From the NCBI GenBank assembly GCA_973895155.1, contig OZ316891.1, positions 6,873,708 to 6,937,707 of the forward strand: DNA of 64,000 nucleotides, in the 5' to 3' direction. This stretch comes from Marsupella aquatica. Its lineage: Eukaryota > Plantae > Marchantiophyta. Under the pieces are notes generated by a model. The model was given only the letters and a program-made list of their open reading frames with translations, made no database searches and was not told the DNA's origin. Below are positions 22,169 through 36,501 of this stretch, piece by piece. The position numbers and the translations under genes were made by a program. Position 1 is the stretch's first letter. The number at the start of each line of letters is the position of its first letter.

Positions 22169-25100
22169 ATGTTTTCCCAATGGGCGACCAAGCGTGTTTG
22201 CAAGTTTTTTATGAAACGCCTCTTGGGGCGGATGCTGCGAAGCGAGCTCGACTTGGAGCAGCTTGAGGTGCAGCTAGGTTTTGGCACAATTCAACTGAGG
22301 GATATCTTCCTCAACACCGACTATCTTAATGATCAGGTAAGATGGCTGTTGCCTCTTCTCGTCAATATTTCTCGGCTTGTCGGTTCAGCCACATAATTTT
22401 CTTGCATAATCGTTTTCTCGTTGTCGTGAAATTGGCAAGACGGTGAGGGATTGTGGATGGGTTCGCACTCTTGAGGAGAACGAGGGTTCTTTATAGCATA
22501 TTGCTTTCCGTGGCTTGTATGTAATTCTTGGGTGTATCATCAATTATGGTTCTTCGTGCCCTCTCTGGTCTACTTTTCTGTTTGTAACAACCCATTCAAG
22601 GATGGTGTTAACCTTGTGATTTCTAAACTTGTCGCGGCTGGAGAAGAGCACGCTTAATACGCAGAAGTGGAGATATTGAATTCCCAGTTTCTAGGGTTTG
22701 CGCCGTGTGCAAGTAACACTCATCACGATGAAGTAGTCTATAACTCCGGGGCTATGCCTGTTTTTTACAGCTCGGAGATGCATCAGTTGCAATTAAGGAG
22801 GGGTCGATCGGGAGTGTCAGGGCGAAGATTCCGTGGAAAGTTTTGACCACGGAGTCATGTGAGATCGAGGTGGATGAGTTGAAGCTCGTCATAGTTCCAC
22901 GCCCTCAGTGTGAGGATAGTGGCAGCAGTAATCCAGCTCCTTCGGAGACTGACGATTTGAGGTTTGTAGAGGGCCCCCAGTATCCGCTAGGTGATTCAGA
23001 CGCAAGTGGGCTGGGGGCTGCAGGAGGTGGTGCGTATATGGGTGTTGATGATGGGGTAAGGATGATTGCCAAGATGGTGGAACGGGTACTTCTAGGATTG
23101 CGGGTTAAAGTTTCGAATATGATCATAGTTTTCGAAGAACCAATGGAGAAGATAAATGATCTTTTGTCCGAGGACGTCGATGCCCGGATACCAGCCCAGC
23201 AGACTACATCACCACATTGTCTGCTCATTGTACGATTGGCATACGTAGAGTATGGAGTTGAAGCCCCACAGAACGATGTGGAAGAACCTGTGAAGGCTAC
23301 TAGTGGAACAGAGCAGGGTATGTTGGTCAAGGTAGTGAAATTCCAGGGTACAACTGTTGAGGTTGTTGATGTGCAAGATGAAATTGTGGGGTGTGAGGGC
23401 CCTTCTGTTGATTCAGGAGGAGTTGGTGTGACTCGAACGCATTTCTTAGGGCAGCCAGTATTTGTTCTGTTCGGGGAAAGTGGAGGTCTTGAAGGATCGA
23501 TCCAGTTAAGTGTTCCCTGGAGAGATGGAATCGTGGATGTCCCTAAGGTCCATGCTGACTTTTCTATAAGCCAGATGAAACTGAGACTGTCACCACACCA
23601 GATTCAACAGGTACTGAGTTTGGCACAAGCGTACAGTCGCGAGGGAGGTGTAGGTGCCAGTAGTTCCCCAAGTGGTCCAGCTCTCAAATCCGCCATATGG
23701 AATGGAGGTAACCTAGGGGATTTTACAGGAAGCAGGTTTCACAGTGCCACAACTACAGACAGGAACAGTGAATTATTCAAGTCTTTCTCTGGTTCCATGT
23801 CTAGCAAGAATGGAAGGGGAATTGAATCAGAATCGTCAAGTCCTTCATTTCTTCCAGTGACAAGATTCATCTCGGACTGGATGCATTGGGCTGGAAGTGA
23901 AGGGCAACGGAAGGACGGAACTGTGGCTGAAGCGGATTTAGCTGCGAGGTATACATTTGTAACTAGCTGTGTGACCATTTTCGAGAATCATGCTGCATCT
24001 AGTTTGGTTTGGACTTGGCTCTTCTTTATCTCCTCTCATGATGATCGTTATGTTGCAGTGTGGATGAGTTTTTCGAGTGTTTTGACGGCACGAGGAGCAG
24101 CCAAGCAAGCTTTAGCAACAGTGGAATGTGGAATTGGACTCGTTCGGCATTTAGTGCCATCACGGCTGCATCCAGCTTAGCAGCAGGCTCCGTTGCTCTT
24201 GCGCCTGGTGTGACTTCCTTCTCTCGGTCTCTCCCAATAGCTGTCAATGTTCAAGAATGTGAATAACGGCTACTTGCGAATATTTCCCACTCACGTAGTG
24301 TATGTCTGTTTCTTTGGTTAGATCCCCCAAAACAACCGGAGTATAGTATGAAGGCAAGGTTGAGTGGAATATCTCTGGACTTGTATTATGATTGCATGAG
24401 TGTACGGGAGGATGATTTGACGCCAACCTTGGCCAGTGAACTTCGACCACTGAAGGAAGTATCGCCAAAGCCAGGCTCAGGAGGACAGGCTTCACCGGAT
24501 GCAGAGATGTTGGAAGGTCCAGCCGAGGAGTGTCTGAAAGCAGAGCTCCGTGAGCTAAATATTTGTCTGATGGTAAAGAATTTCCTTGCGTGCAACTTCT
24601 AAGTTGTTCTAGAGTTCTGCTGAATAATGCAGTCTTTGTTCTTTGATTATATGTTTCTTCAGCCATTTGAACATCGACCTGTTGTGTTTGGATTTTTTGG
24701 GATCTGAAGGGATGACTCATGTCTTACAATGATGGTCGTGTTTCAGGTATCTGGACCTTTGACTGAATTCAATGGGACTGTTAAAGATCTGGCCGTGTCA
24801 GAAGTAGTGCTTAGAGAGGTCGTTGACGGATTGCAAAGAGTTCGGAGTGCCAACTGGCAATCCCAGGCGGAGAATTCGTTTCCTATCACTCAGATTGTTC
24901 AAGAATCCATAGAACATGTCTTACCTTCGTTTCCAACTTCATTCTCCAGCAAACAATCACGAGGTGGGAGCCCAAGCAATACTTTAGGCCGCGAAGTTGT
25001 GGAGCAGGACGGTTTGCTTGGCAGTCACCATGTTGGGCAGACCATGGCAAGGAACGACTTGTATGAGAAGAAGCAATTGTTGCGAGTTGTTTCTGAACCA

Positions 25101-28100
25101 GATCATGCCGCGCGGGTGACTGTTACATGGCAATGTCCACCTCTTGGCAGTGTAGCCACTCCAGCCGAGACGGAAATCACAGCATCTCTACAGCCTTTAG
25201 CGATATGGCTTGATGTTCACACCTTGAAACGGATAGAGTCCTTGATGCAGAAATCTAAGGTCTCAGCCATGGAGAGAAGCAGGTCTGCGAAATGCACTGG
25301 CAGCAATCACGTTCCACACTTACCTCAGGAAGTTCACAGGTCGGAAAAGAGACCTGGGTTGTCTGTTCACGACCGTGGTGTGGAGGCTGTGACAGAAAGG
25401 GTTATTGAAAGGGGACCATTCCGTGTCAAGCTTTTGGCACCATGTGTCCGTGTAATAATATGCTTTCCTGTATGTTTTGGACCAGGTTCTAGCTTGTTGC
25501 AGGACGATTTTGTAGCTTTGGATATAGATGCCCCCTCTGCACAGTTGGGGATTATTCAGCCATTAATTGATTTTACTCATGTTGGAAAAACTAAGTCTGT
25601 CTCTAGCTCTTCTGCAGCTGATACGCTTATGTTAAGATTCGGGGATATTAGTTCCACCTTAGTATCTAGTATGGATGAGGTGAACAGGGGCCACAATGCA
25701 AGCAATGGTTATGCTTTCACCGCAGATGAAATATTGCTCATAAGTCAGCAGGACTCAATATGGGGATCGTTACCTACTCTAGGTAGACAGTTCGAACACG
25801 GTGTTTCCTTAGAAATTCAGTGGCAGGGAGGTAGTGAGGTTGGTTCCTGGGTTGCGAAACGAGCTTGGGATGGAGTCGCAGCCCAGCAAAGTCAGGGGGA
25901 TGGTGGACGTGGAATCGGTGGAAGTAACTCTGAGTTTGCTGCTGCCACAACAGCTGCAGAAGCCGTGGAGGAGGAAAACTCACAGATTCGGAAGGAATTG
26001 CTAGCATGTTCATCATCATCGATTAGGGTGAACATCCCACACATCAGGCTTAGACTCTCAGAGCCTCAGTATACTCGAGTCCTCGAGTTGATTGGTTGTT
26101 TTATTGATGCTCTCGTCTTCAAGGCTGAAGAAGGTGGTGCTGAGAGGAACACTGACGGGCCTGTGTCCTTGCAAACTGCGGTAGCATCTTCTGACACACC
26201 GGGCCCCCCCTGTAAGACGTTACAGACGTCCATTCTATTTCAGTGTGGTCGAGTGGATGTTGCTTTGTGTCTTAAAGGACAACAGGTACTTCCGGTAATT
26301 GTGAAACAGGGCTCAAGGCTGTGGGATGTGATACGGTTGAACTTTGAGAAGCTACAAGTGTTGTCTGTGCTTGGAGTTGGAGGGCATGCTGATTGCTCCT
26401 ACTTATGGGTTCATCATGAAGACTGCGAGGTCACCGGTTCATTTTTTGATGAAAGCCCTAGTAGTCACTTGGAAGAAATGCTATTATTATCTTGCAAACG
26501 TGAAGCTCTTGGCCGTGGTGATGGAGGAATAGGGAATGCTTTAGCTGCTGGAAAAGCAGGCTTGACGCTTACCCACATGGTTTGGCCTGGACAAGAGCAA
26601 TTGGGGGATGCCTTGTTAACTGGGACAATAAGAGGAATCACTTTTGTTGCTCATAGTGGCCGTCTTGACTGGGTGTCAGCTATTAGTCAATTTTTCAACG
26701 CCAGTGATCAGATGGAAGGTTCAGTTGAGATGAGCCTGAGATCTGGTCTTGAGGATGCAAACGAGATTGCATCAGAGCTAGATCAAACTGCTAACTCCCC
26801 CAATATGCGCACTTTCTTTCTTCTGGACTTTCATGATGTAGCTTTATGCTACGAGCCTGGCTCTGAGGTAATGCCTGCTGGGGGTATGAGAGCAGGGAGA
26901 GATTCATGGAGAAGAGGGGAACCATCTTCAGGTGAATCATCCCAGATCTTTGCACCTGTAGCGTCTGTTGTTGCTGCAGCAGCTGTGCGAGTTTCAAGTA
27001 GTGTTGCCCCAAGAGTGACAGGTGAACAGTACGATATTTGGCTTCGGGATGTAGCTCTTCACCTTTTGGATACAGCATTGAGGAAGGAAACGTCTTTTGA
27101 CTACACCACTGAATCCATGCATCAGACAGGATATGTGCAGGTTGAGTTCATTCCCTCGCCATGATTTGTGATATTTGCAGCAATTTAGCTGAGGCAAGTG
27201 GTAGAATTAAGAGTTTCCCTCCATGTTCTATCACAAGCAATTGTTGACTCTCTTAGAATGCATGAATAAATTTATAGAGAACCGCAAAAGCATGTAGTCC
27301 TATCAACTGCTAATGATAAATTTGACTTGCTTCAGATTGCGAGGGAGGCTGTCATGGAGGCTTTGGTAAGAATTGATGGCGAGAGTGGTCTTCAGTGGGA
27401 ACTTGAATGTGCAAATAATCAGCTTCGGTTTGATACTTGTCATGATACGACAGCTGCCTTTGGTCGGCTTGTAGCTCAACTTCAGCAACTTTTTGTCCCA
27501 GACATCGAACCTCCGAGTGCAAATTTGAAATCTTGGAAAGTAGATGGCTCAGGTGGGGAAAGCCCTAGTCTTAGAAATATGACAATGGGTGCTGCTGGTG
27601 ATTTTCAAAATGGAGCAGGTAGCGAGGAGTTCAATTCTAATAACCTTTTTGAAGGGGTACTGGAAGATGCTTTTTCTCGTGCTAGAAGCTCCTGGTCATC
27701 TGCTGTGGGAGAGGATGTTGTCGATGACCTACAAGCGGAAACGTTCACTGTCGTAGGTGCCCCTTTTCATAGTAGGGTCAGCTCCATGGACAGACATGAG
27801 TTTCTTGACAGAAGTAGACAAGACCTTTCTGCACCGGTCATCAAAAGTGTCCCATCTACTCCCACTCAGCTGCCACGTGCGCTATCCCGGACACCGTCGG
27901 AAGAATCTGTAATAATTAACAATACTGGTCTTCCCACTTTCATCGAAGATTACTATGTGACCACACAAAGCCATTCTTTGCAGTCTCTCGGGGTTACGCT
28001 CTCTAGGCAAACTGGGGACTCACCAAGACTATCAGCTGGGTCATCAAGGCAGGCCAGCAGGGAGTCCACAAGTTCAGGGGCTGGTCGAGAGGCCGAAGGA

Positions 28101-31100
28101 AAGGGTGTTTGGTATACAGGGAAATGTTTGGAAGTAGTGGAGGATCACGTACCCGATGACTTTGCTAGAGTTGATGGGGAGCAAGGGAGCCAAAAATCTG
28201 GAAACACGAAACAGGGTCACAGTAGAAAGTCGTCACTGCCGAAGAAGTATCCTTCCCCTGTTGGCAGAGTGATACTCAGGGATCTACGTGCGAGATGGCG
28301 TTTCTATGGAGGCTCAGATTGGCCTACCAGCAAGGCAGGGCAGCATCAGAGATCGCCTTCTCAATCAAACGTGGAAGAAAGTGGGAGGCAGGCCGGGACC
28401 TGCTTGGAAGTCTTGCTGGACGGAATGGACCTACAGTATGATGCCTTTCCAGCAGTTGGGCTTTATGCATCTCGACTTGTTGTGTCTGTCCGAGACATTG
28501 GAGTATATGACTGCAGCAGCGATGCACCATGGAAAATGGTTTGTTTCCCTCTCTCACATGAGCTGTTGATCAAGTACAAGATCTTTGCGTAACATGAGCA
28601 GACCGTACTGTACCTTTCCATTTTGCAGTCCATGAGCAAAATGGTGGTATTACAGTCCATGAGCAGACCGTACTGTACCTTTCCTCTTACCATTTGTAAC
28701 CAGTTTAAATTCCTTGCCCTATATATGTCTCACTCTAGCTGCCGTGCACAGGTTCTGGGTTATCACCGCGCAAAATCACGTCCTCGAGAGTCATCGTCGC
28801 AAGCGGTAAAAATTGAGATGGACGCAGTGAGGCCAGATCCCTTGGCTCCTCTTGAAGAATACAGGTGAGTGTGCAGGACAGAGAGAAAAGTTATACGTGC
28901 CGGTTTAGGTCAGCTTCTCTAAGAAACTCAGTTGCAACTTGTATTGAACTTATCGCCCTTTTGTGGTTTACAGTTTAGCACAATCAAAGATGATGGTGTT
29001 GTATTTCTGTAGGCTCTCAATTGCTCTCCTGCCTATTCGTCTTCACCTCGATCAGCGCCATATTGATTTCTGCATCGAGTTTTTCGCTCCACGCCAATCT
29101 TCTTCTGCAGCCGGACAGTCCTGTGATGAGGGCGGCTATCCATTAGCTGGGACCCCAATCTCTGGCAGCCCTGAACTCCCATCTGATACAAATGGCTTAG
29201 TGGAGGATGCGTTGCTCCCTTTTTTCCAGGTATAAAGTCTGCAGCTTTTTCTCTTCTCTGTGGTACCCAGGGCAATGCATGAACGTTAGTAAATCTGGCT
29301 TGTGACTGAACGTCAATGCATGATCATTCATAACGGGGAGGCTTGTCTTCACAGATTTGCGAGATGCGACCTTTCACTGTCCGTGTGGATTATCTTCCTC
29401 GCCGAGTTGATCTGATATCTCTTCGGGGGGGAAACTATGCGGAGCTCTTGAATCTTGTCAGTTGGAAGGTATACGCTCAACCAATTTCCTGCTTGGGTCT
29501 GTATGGATTGCGTTTGTCAAATGATCTTGGTCATGTATTCTACTGTCTTATTGGCTGAACTTTGTTCGGTAGTCGTGATGGGGGCCCAAAAAAGGCCCCA
29601 GGATGTATGTGTCTGCGATACTTGTCTGCAATACTTTGTCGGATGGCAGTTATACTTGTTGTAACTGGGCCCCACTGTATTGTCCCGATGGCTTAGAGTG
29701 AGGAGAGGAAAGTACTTTCCTACTAGTATTTTCCCATTTTCTTATACATGACAATACATTGACAAGTTCAGCTATTGTGACCAACCTCTTTGGTCACGGG
29801 CCTGGTGTAATTGACATGTGAACTTCTTAATCTGCACAGTATGGAGTTCTCGTCTTCCTGTAGGCAGTGATACCTCGGTTGTCTTTGCTCATTTAGAGGC
29901 ATCTTAGAGATTAGTCAGCCGCAGGTGGACCTGAAACTCCAGTGGGATGCTGCAGGGGATAGAGTTGAATCTCAAGCACGTCAGAGCGGCTGGAGTTCAT
30001 GGATGGAGTAGCCTTTCAGGAGTCATTTTCGGTGAATGGTTGGAAGATATATCCCAGAATCAGGTTCCTTTTCTGCATCCTTTTCTATTCTTGCAATGGA
30101 CGCAGGACTTTTATCCTTACCATCCTGACATAGCTTACATTCGGCAGCTTCTTAAATATTCGTTTCCATCCTTCATACCCTAAATGGCTATGAATTTGTA
30201 CTTCCTCGTTTACGGATTGATCCTATGTTTCGTGGTCACCCTTGTTACTCTCTCCCCTTTCTTGACAGCATTTTCATCGATCATTCTTAATCATCTGGTG
30301 ACCATCTTGCTTGTCTCGTATCCCGGGAGATTATATCGATGTGCTTGTGCAATGTAGGTGCATAAGTTTGTCCGAGGGGTGGGACCAATCCGGCCTCTTT
30401 ATGCAGTGGGCTCTGGCGCTGCCAAGCTTCTTGTGCTTCCTGCTGAGCATTACAAGAAGGATCGTCGAGTATTCCGAGGGATGCGGAAAGGTGTAATTTC
30501 TATGCCATTGCAATGTGTACGGTTTTTCCCTTTTTGCAGCCTTTGACCTGTAGTAATACTGAAATATTTCAGCTCACACTTGACGGGTGATAGGACAAAG
30601 TTCTAAGATTAAGTTACAAATGTCTTGGACAGGTGCAATTGCATTTCTTCGAAGTATATCGTTAGAAGCATTGGGTTTGGGAGCACATTTGGCAGCTGGA
30701 GCGCATGAGATATTACAGCAAACAGAACTGGCTCTTGGGGGAACCCCTGTACCTACATCATTTACTTCTGAGAAAGGAGACCGGAGAAGCAGAGCTGTTC
30801 AGCCAGGGGATGCCCGTGAAGGTATTCAACAGGCTTGTGAAAGCTTATCACAAGGATTGGAGAGAACGGCCTCATCATTAGTTGGAAATCCATTAAAAGT
30901 ATACCAACGTGGTGCTGGTGCAGGCTTCGCAGTTGCCAGTGCATTGAGGGCGGCGCCAGCAGCTGCTGTGGCACCGGCTTCTGCAGCTGTTGGAGCTTTC
31001 CATCGTGCCCTACTTGGTGTTCGAAATGAGTGAGTAATCTAATGATCCCTCGGTGAATTGGCGTCCTGCATCGGATAGTTGTCTGGACTTCACTATGTAT

Positions 31101-31571
31101 TTCTTTTCTGTTTATCAGATGGTGACTCGTAGATTTTCAAAGGAGCTTCGTGTTATGAAGATAGGGATTCATGACAGTCGAATGACCATTCTAGTGATTT
31201 TTGAAGTAAAATTTCTTTGTACTGTTGTAAATCCTTTGGCTGCATAGTGGTTTCATATTAGCAATCCCTGGGCCAAGTTTCTGTTGTAGATTCTCCTTTT
31301 TCCCCAGGCTGGGTTTTGTATTACCTGTGGAGTCTCAACAGTACGAAAATTAAACGCGCTTGTTTTTGACGAAGAAGCTTGTGTTTTACTTCTTCTTCTC
31401 GTGTTTATCGTTGGCGTATGGACCGGCACCTGTTCAGATTCTTCTGCTATTGTCTTTGCAGACCCTAATGTGCTGTTTATGTCGGGTTTGAGCAGGCTTG
31501 ATCCTGAAAGGAAGAGGGAGTCTGATGAGAAGCACACAGGCCCTCCACCTGATACAAGGAGAGCTCGATGA
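22169..31571 (+). CDS. ATG2: Autophagy-related protein 2 (bridge-like lipid transfer protein), 13 exons, about 2166 aa
   Basis: GT-AG exons: 22169-22336, 22771-23948, 24059-24207, 24322-24572, 24747-27140, 27336-28538, 28752-28864, 29013-29229, 29355-29468, 29956-30063, 30358-30490, 30633-31029, 31496-31571 (6501 nt, in frame). Motifs: chorein-N start [13 protein letters not shown]...[35 protein letters not shown]...[30 protein letters not shown]. Confidence 0.95.
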
Positions 31572-34093
31572 CAGTAGTTGTGGCTGTCGTTAAATTTAAC
31601 CTCTTAGCCTGGTCCTTTCGCTGGGCGTCCAACATCTTGCAGGACAAGAGAGCTTCCAGCCATTAGGGGACTGCCATTGTACATATCTTTACAAACAGGT
31701 CAACTATTGTAGATATCACTCTGGTAGCCAGATGACATTCGAATGTCAGTGGTAGACCTGATCCTGCTCCAATGATAGCTCCCAATTTATGGCTCATTTA
31801 GTTCAGATACATTAGATCTTCAGATCGTATCATCAGATCACCTATATCATTTCTAGGAAGGAGAACCTGCGATTTTGCCGTGGGTACTAGATCGTCAAGT
31901 TCTTCCACAAAATTTTCTGTGCTCTCACAAAAATGGACAAGGCCTGTTATTGGGGACCTGTGTTAAGCCCTGTGGCTCTATAGCCACCAAAAATGGTGTT
32001 TGCGTGATGGAAGGTACTCTTTGCCCCATCTCTTCATTGATTTATTTCCCTGGACGAGTTTCGTATGCCAAGGTTGTTTCTCCGCAAGATTTGTACGAGT
32101 TCAAATAGTGACTGATATGCTCTGGTGAAATGTAAGTAGTATAATGTCAAGAATGACGGTATAAATATGTAGATGTTTTCTTCACCTTAGTTTTTGGGAA
32201 TGCCTCACTTACTGTTGTGAAGGTGTAAATTCTAACAGTCTCCTGGTTCAATTGCCGTGTAGGCTATGCGATTGGCCTGCGAAGTGCTGCTACCCGAGGG
32301 CCCTGCGATTCAGGATGGCACCGCTTAATAATATTCAACCTACAGAAGCATTACAGCCCGATTTAGATGATTCTGATGATTATACATGAACTCAGTAGGA
32401 AGTTAGATTAGTAAAGTTGCCGTAGTGCGTTATGGCAGCATTGTAGCTTGTGTTGCTGATAACACAATTTTGTTATGCAAATTGTCTTGGGGAGATCTTT
32501 TACATATATGCTACGTGTATTCTTGTACACTAAAAGTTCGTCACTCATTTTTGAATTGGTGGGATTCAAGAATTTATTCCATGAATATTTTCATGGCCTG
32601 GTATATAAAGTTTCCATACTGTTGTCATTTAATATCTATTGATTCCAGAATTTGGCAATACTTGGGCCTCTATTTTCTTCACGTCCAATGTTACTATCCC
32701 CTCTGCTTTATCTTCTCGTCTCTAAGTTTCGAATTTGGTTCTCAATAAGAGCCTGACTGGGCTAACGACTGTCTTGTAGAAATTTTTGCCATGATTGCTG
32801 ATATCGGTCTTCCTGACAATGTCACGACAATGCATAAAACTCATATGTTCCGATTTTGTATTTATGCAGCTCCCTAACCTTTTTTCTTAGTGTCAACAAC
32901 GACCACAAGCTCATGGTGCAAGCGCATGGATTTGCTTCCTTGTAGTTCTACTTAGAGTCAACAACGATCACAAGCTCATGCCATCATCTCCTTCGGGTGG
33001 TTTTTCTGACCCTGGGAGAACTGATCAAATCAGCCTTACACCTTAATGTACGTTGCAGTTCATTTTTAAAAGCTTCTTTCTAAGTAACACTTTGTTTTCA
33101 AAAGATTCCTTCTGCTGTCAACCACCTTGTAAAGAGTTTTTCCTGTACTTGGCTCACCTGTAATCTCCTAGGCACTCAAGATCCCACAGGAACAAGCTGC
33201 ATTCCTCTTTATTCATTTCAAACCGTCTAGCAAGTAATCCGTTTTTGGTTTTGGTTTTGTTTATGAACTACGCTTGTGAGTGAGCACACCCTATAAAGTT
33301 TGCAACTCATAAATCTGAAGTGCGGCCCAGCAGGTCAATTGTCCTGTAGGTGGATGGAAGGGGCAGTTCAAGAACGTGATGCGTGTCCCCAATTGGGCCA
33401 CAACTGATGAAGAAGAAGATATGTAAAAGCTTTATGCTGTTTTTCTGGTTTGGGAAAGTTGAAATTATACAAACCATACTTGTACTAATCTGACCATCAA
33501 TATTTTCTGGATTCTGAATTGTTCCATAGAAAAAAGAACAGACCAAACTTAATGACTTGAGGTGTGCATAAGACCAAACTTAATGACTTGAGCATTGTGC
33601 ATAAGACCAGTTTCACTCATCATGGAACATGCTTGAGTATTTGTCTTGTAGTGATTTGAAAGTAAATAAAATATGAAAACATAACTAAAAGGATTGGTGC
33701 ACAGTGACCAATGAAAAGTACAAGGATGCTACTATGTGTGCACTCAATTCAATGTCCTCATGAATGACACTCATTTCAATCAAAACCATATTAAACTTAG
33801 GAAAGAAAGACATGAGGGGAACTTAAGACACAATCAGAATCAATTCTCTCATTCATGAGAATGTTCAAGTGGTGGAGCTGTTCATTTCATCTCTAATAAA
33901 TCACAAACATTAAAATTTATAAGGGGACTGCCAAAATAAGTTCAAAATACTTTAGAAATCCTAAAAATTAAAGGGGTCCATAAATTAAATAAAAATGTAT
34001 ATGGTACACAGGCTACCCCTTGATAAGGCACATTGAAATAAAAACATATGACATCAAAACTCTGAATAAGACAAAATCTGAAAGGTCTATTCA

Positions 34094-34200
34094 TCATATA
34101 GCAGTTTCACCATTCATGTTTTCATTCTTAGAACCTTGCTCGGGTGTATGCACCATATAGCAGTTTCACCATTCACGTTTTCATTCTTAGAACCTTGCTC
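34094..34200. repeat. Short tandem duplication (59-bp period)
   Basis: CATATAGCAGTTTCACCATTCA(T/C)GTTTTCATTCTTAGAACCTTGCTC occurs twice. Confidence 0.85.
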
Positions 34201-35089
34201 TTTTGCAAGGTGTTCTGTAACAATGAGGATTTTCACTGCCATTCATAAAGACTTGAATGATTGAGACTTTCATAATGTTCATAGAGTCAAGCCAGCATGT
34301 CGATCACTCCCTAATCACAGACTACACCATTTGGGAACCATGATGACCACTTTGGTTGAGACTCTTTCCACTTGTATGTTCTGAAACAATGAACTAAACA
34401 TTTAATTATACTTGCCTTGTGCTTCATCTTTCCGTAGGCAGATTCATGGAATCATCAGGGCGGATGTGAGAATGTTTGTGATTGCTCCATTGTTAGGTAT
34501 GTACTCTTAGGTCTAGAGTTACTTTGTAACTGCAGCTAGTCAAGCCATAGTCAAGTGCTTGTTACACTTGGATGTGCAATGACTACTTACACTAGCAAGA
34601 CTTAGTTAGTCGGTGGGACTTAGGCTTTGTCATTGTTGTGGAGCAAGTTAGGAGAAAGGAGATTTGGTATGACCGATACTCTTAAAGTTCAACAAAGCTC
34701 TCTTGTGTGTTCTTGTGGACATAACCTCTGGTGCGGTGAACCACATATATCTCCTATGTCAATTACTTGTGCATTCGGTGGATGTGGTACTATTGCATGA
34801 GTAATGGTCATTTTACTCAACATCCGTGAGTAGATATGACACTGGCAAAGAATAAAAAGTCCAAGTCAGATTCCTCTGATAAAATTTAAGGGTTCTGATC
34901 TTTCCATTATATTTAGTTCATTTTGCTTTTCCATTCTCTCCTGGGCCTCCAATGCTTTCATTGTTCTACCCTTACCCCTTATTCTCTATTCTGGAGCAAA
35001 GCCAACAAGATAATTTATTCCTCATAGAGTCCTTAAGTTTCCTTGTGTCATTGCGCCAAATATGACAGAAACTCTGATTTGGCCCCTCA

Positions 35090-35367
35090 GGGGTTTCACT
35101 TCCACAAAAATGACACATCACATGTGACAAAGGATAGGACCATTATATTGGTTCAAATGGAGACTTAATTTTTTTTTTCAAACGAACAATAGGGTCTTGT
35201 AAATCCAATTTTGAGACTCATAATAACATTAGGGCCTTTCTACCCAGAATTTTTGGAATATTCCAAAAACTTTATAGGGGTTAAAAAACAATTTTTTCTT
35301 ACATTTTGGGGGTCCGAGGCCTAAAAAGGTCACAGGTGATGTGAAGACCTGCATTTAGTGAGACCCC
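35090..35367. mobile_element. MITE family M2 copy
   Basis: GGGGTTTCACTTCC...AGTGAGACCCC; reverse complement of 18827-19100. Confidence 0.85.
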
Positions 35368-35561
35368 CGAGTTGACCCAAAGACATTTTGCAATCAAATA
35401 GTGCTGTAGAGTTGCTACAGTATTTTGGCAAGTTATAGTTAAATACCAATGTCTCTCAATGCACCAAATATTTGTATTTTGAACATATATCTATACGACG
35501 GAACCCCGGGTTGAACCCAGCATTGGAACCTATTCTAGCTTTTTGACTCTCCTTCTCCTCG

Positions 35562-35840
35562 AGGGTTTCACTTCCATAAAAATGACACGTCACGTGCAAT
35601 GAAACATAAGGTCGTTTTATTGGTTTCAAAGGAAGACTTAAGAATTTTCTCAGAAGAACAATATGGTCTTTTAAATCCAATGTTGAGACTTATAAGAGCT
35701 TTAGTGTCATTCTAACCAAATTTTTGGAATATTCCAACTTTTTAGGGGTTGAAAAAAAATTATATTTTTTATACATTTTAGGGGGTCCAAGGCCTAAAAA
35801 TGTCACAGGTAATGGGGAAGTCTCCATATAGTGAGACCCC
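35562..35840. mobile_element. MITE family M2 copy
   Basis: AGGGTTTCACTTCC...TCCATATAGTGAGACCCC. Confidence 0.85.
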
Positions 35841-36159
35841 CAAGTCCTTCCCTTCACCTCACCATGTGAATGAAATTGAACATGTACTACTGCTGTTAGA
35901 TGCATTAAAACATAGATACTCTTTGAGCCTTCATCCTGGCGCGCTGGGGTCCTCCATTCTTTTCTTCTGACCCATCATGCGCGAATAAATATAGGGTTTG
36001 ATTCTTGGGTTTAGTGATAGAGTCCTTGATATATATTTTTCTTGAATCTGAACATTAATAGGGTGTTTTAATCCAATTTTGAAAATTATGAGAATGATAG
36101 GATTATTATAAGGGGCTCTTCCCTTGAAATGGGCCTTGGAAGCATTAAAGCTCACATTA

Positions 36160-36501
36160 ATCACCTATTCATTAAAAGTGTATTTTATTTTGTTCGCTTT
36201 TAGGCCTCGAAATGTACACTTTTGGGTCTCTAAATGTACACTTTTTAACCCCAAAAGGTATACTATAGTACAATACTCTACACCTAAATAGTCAATTGTA
36301 AACTTGAGGGAGAAAAAATGATCTTTACTAGAAGGAGTCTCATCCTAGTTCATTTATAAAAGATGAACATGGTGGTATGTCTGATGGCCATCACTTTTAT
36401 TTCTTGCCCAAATGTACACTTTTTGAAAGCCAAATGTACACTTTCTATTGCCCAAATGTTCACGAATTGAATAATAATTCACTTTTAATGAATAGATTGA
36501 T
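36160..36501. mobile_element. MITE family M3 (about 340 bp)
   Basis: Inverted ends ATCACCTATTCATTAAAAGTG / CACTTTTAATGAATAGATTGAT. Internal AAATGTACACTTTT repeats. Partial copy at about 56425-56597. Confidence 0.7.

Noticed and set aside
22905-31537. Antisense and alternate-frame ORFs over ATG2
   Set aside because: Shadow ORFs of a long coding gene.
34400-34830. Possible old Copia solo LTR (GTGAACCACATA motif)
   Set aside because: No termini or TSD could be defined.
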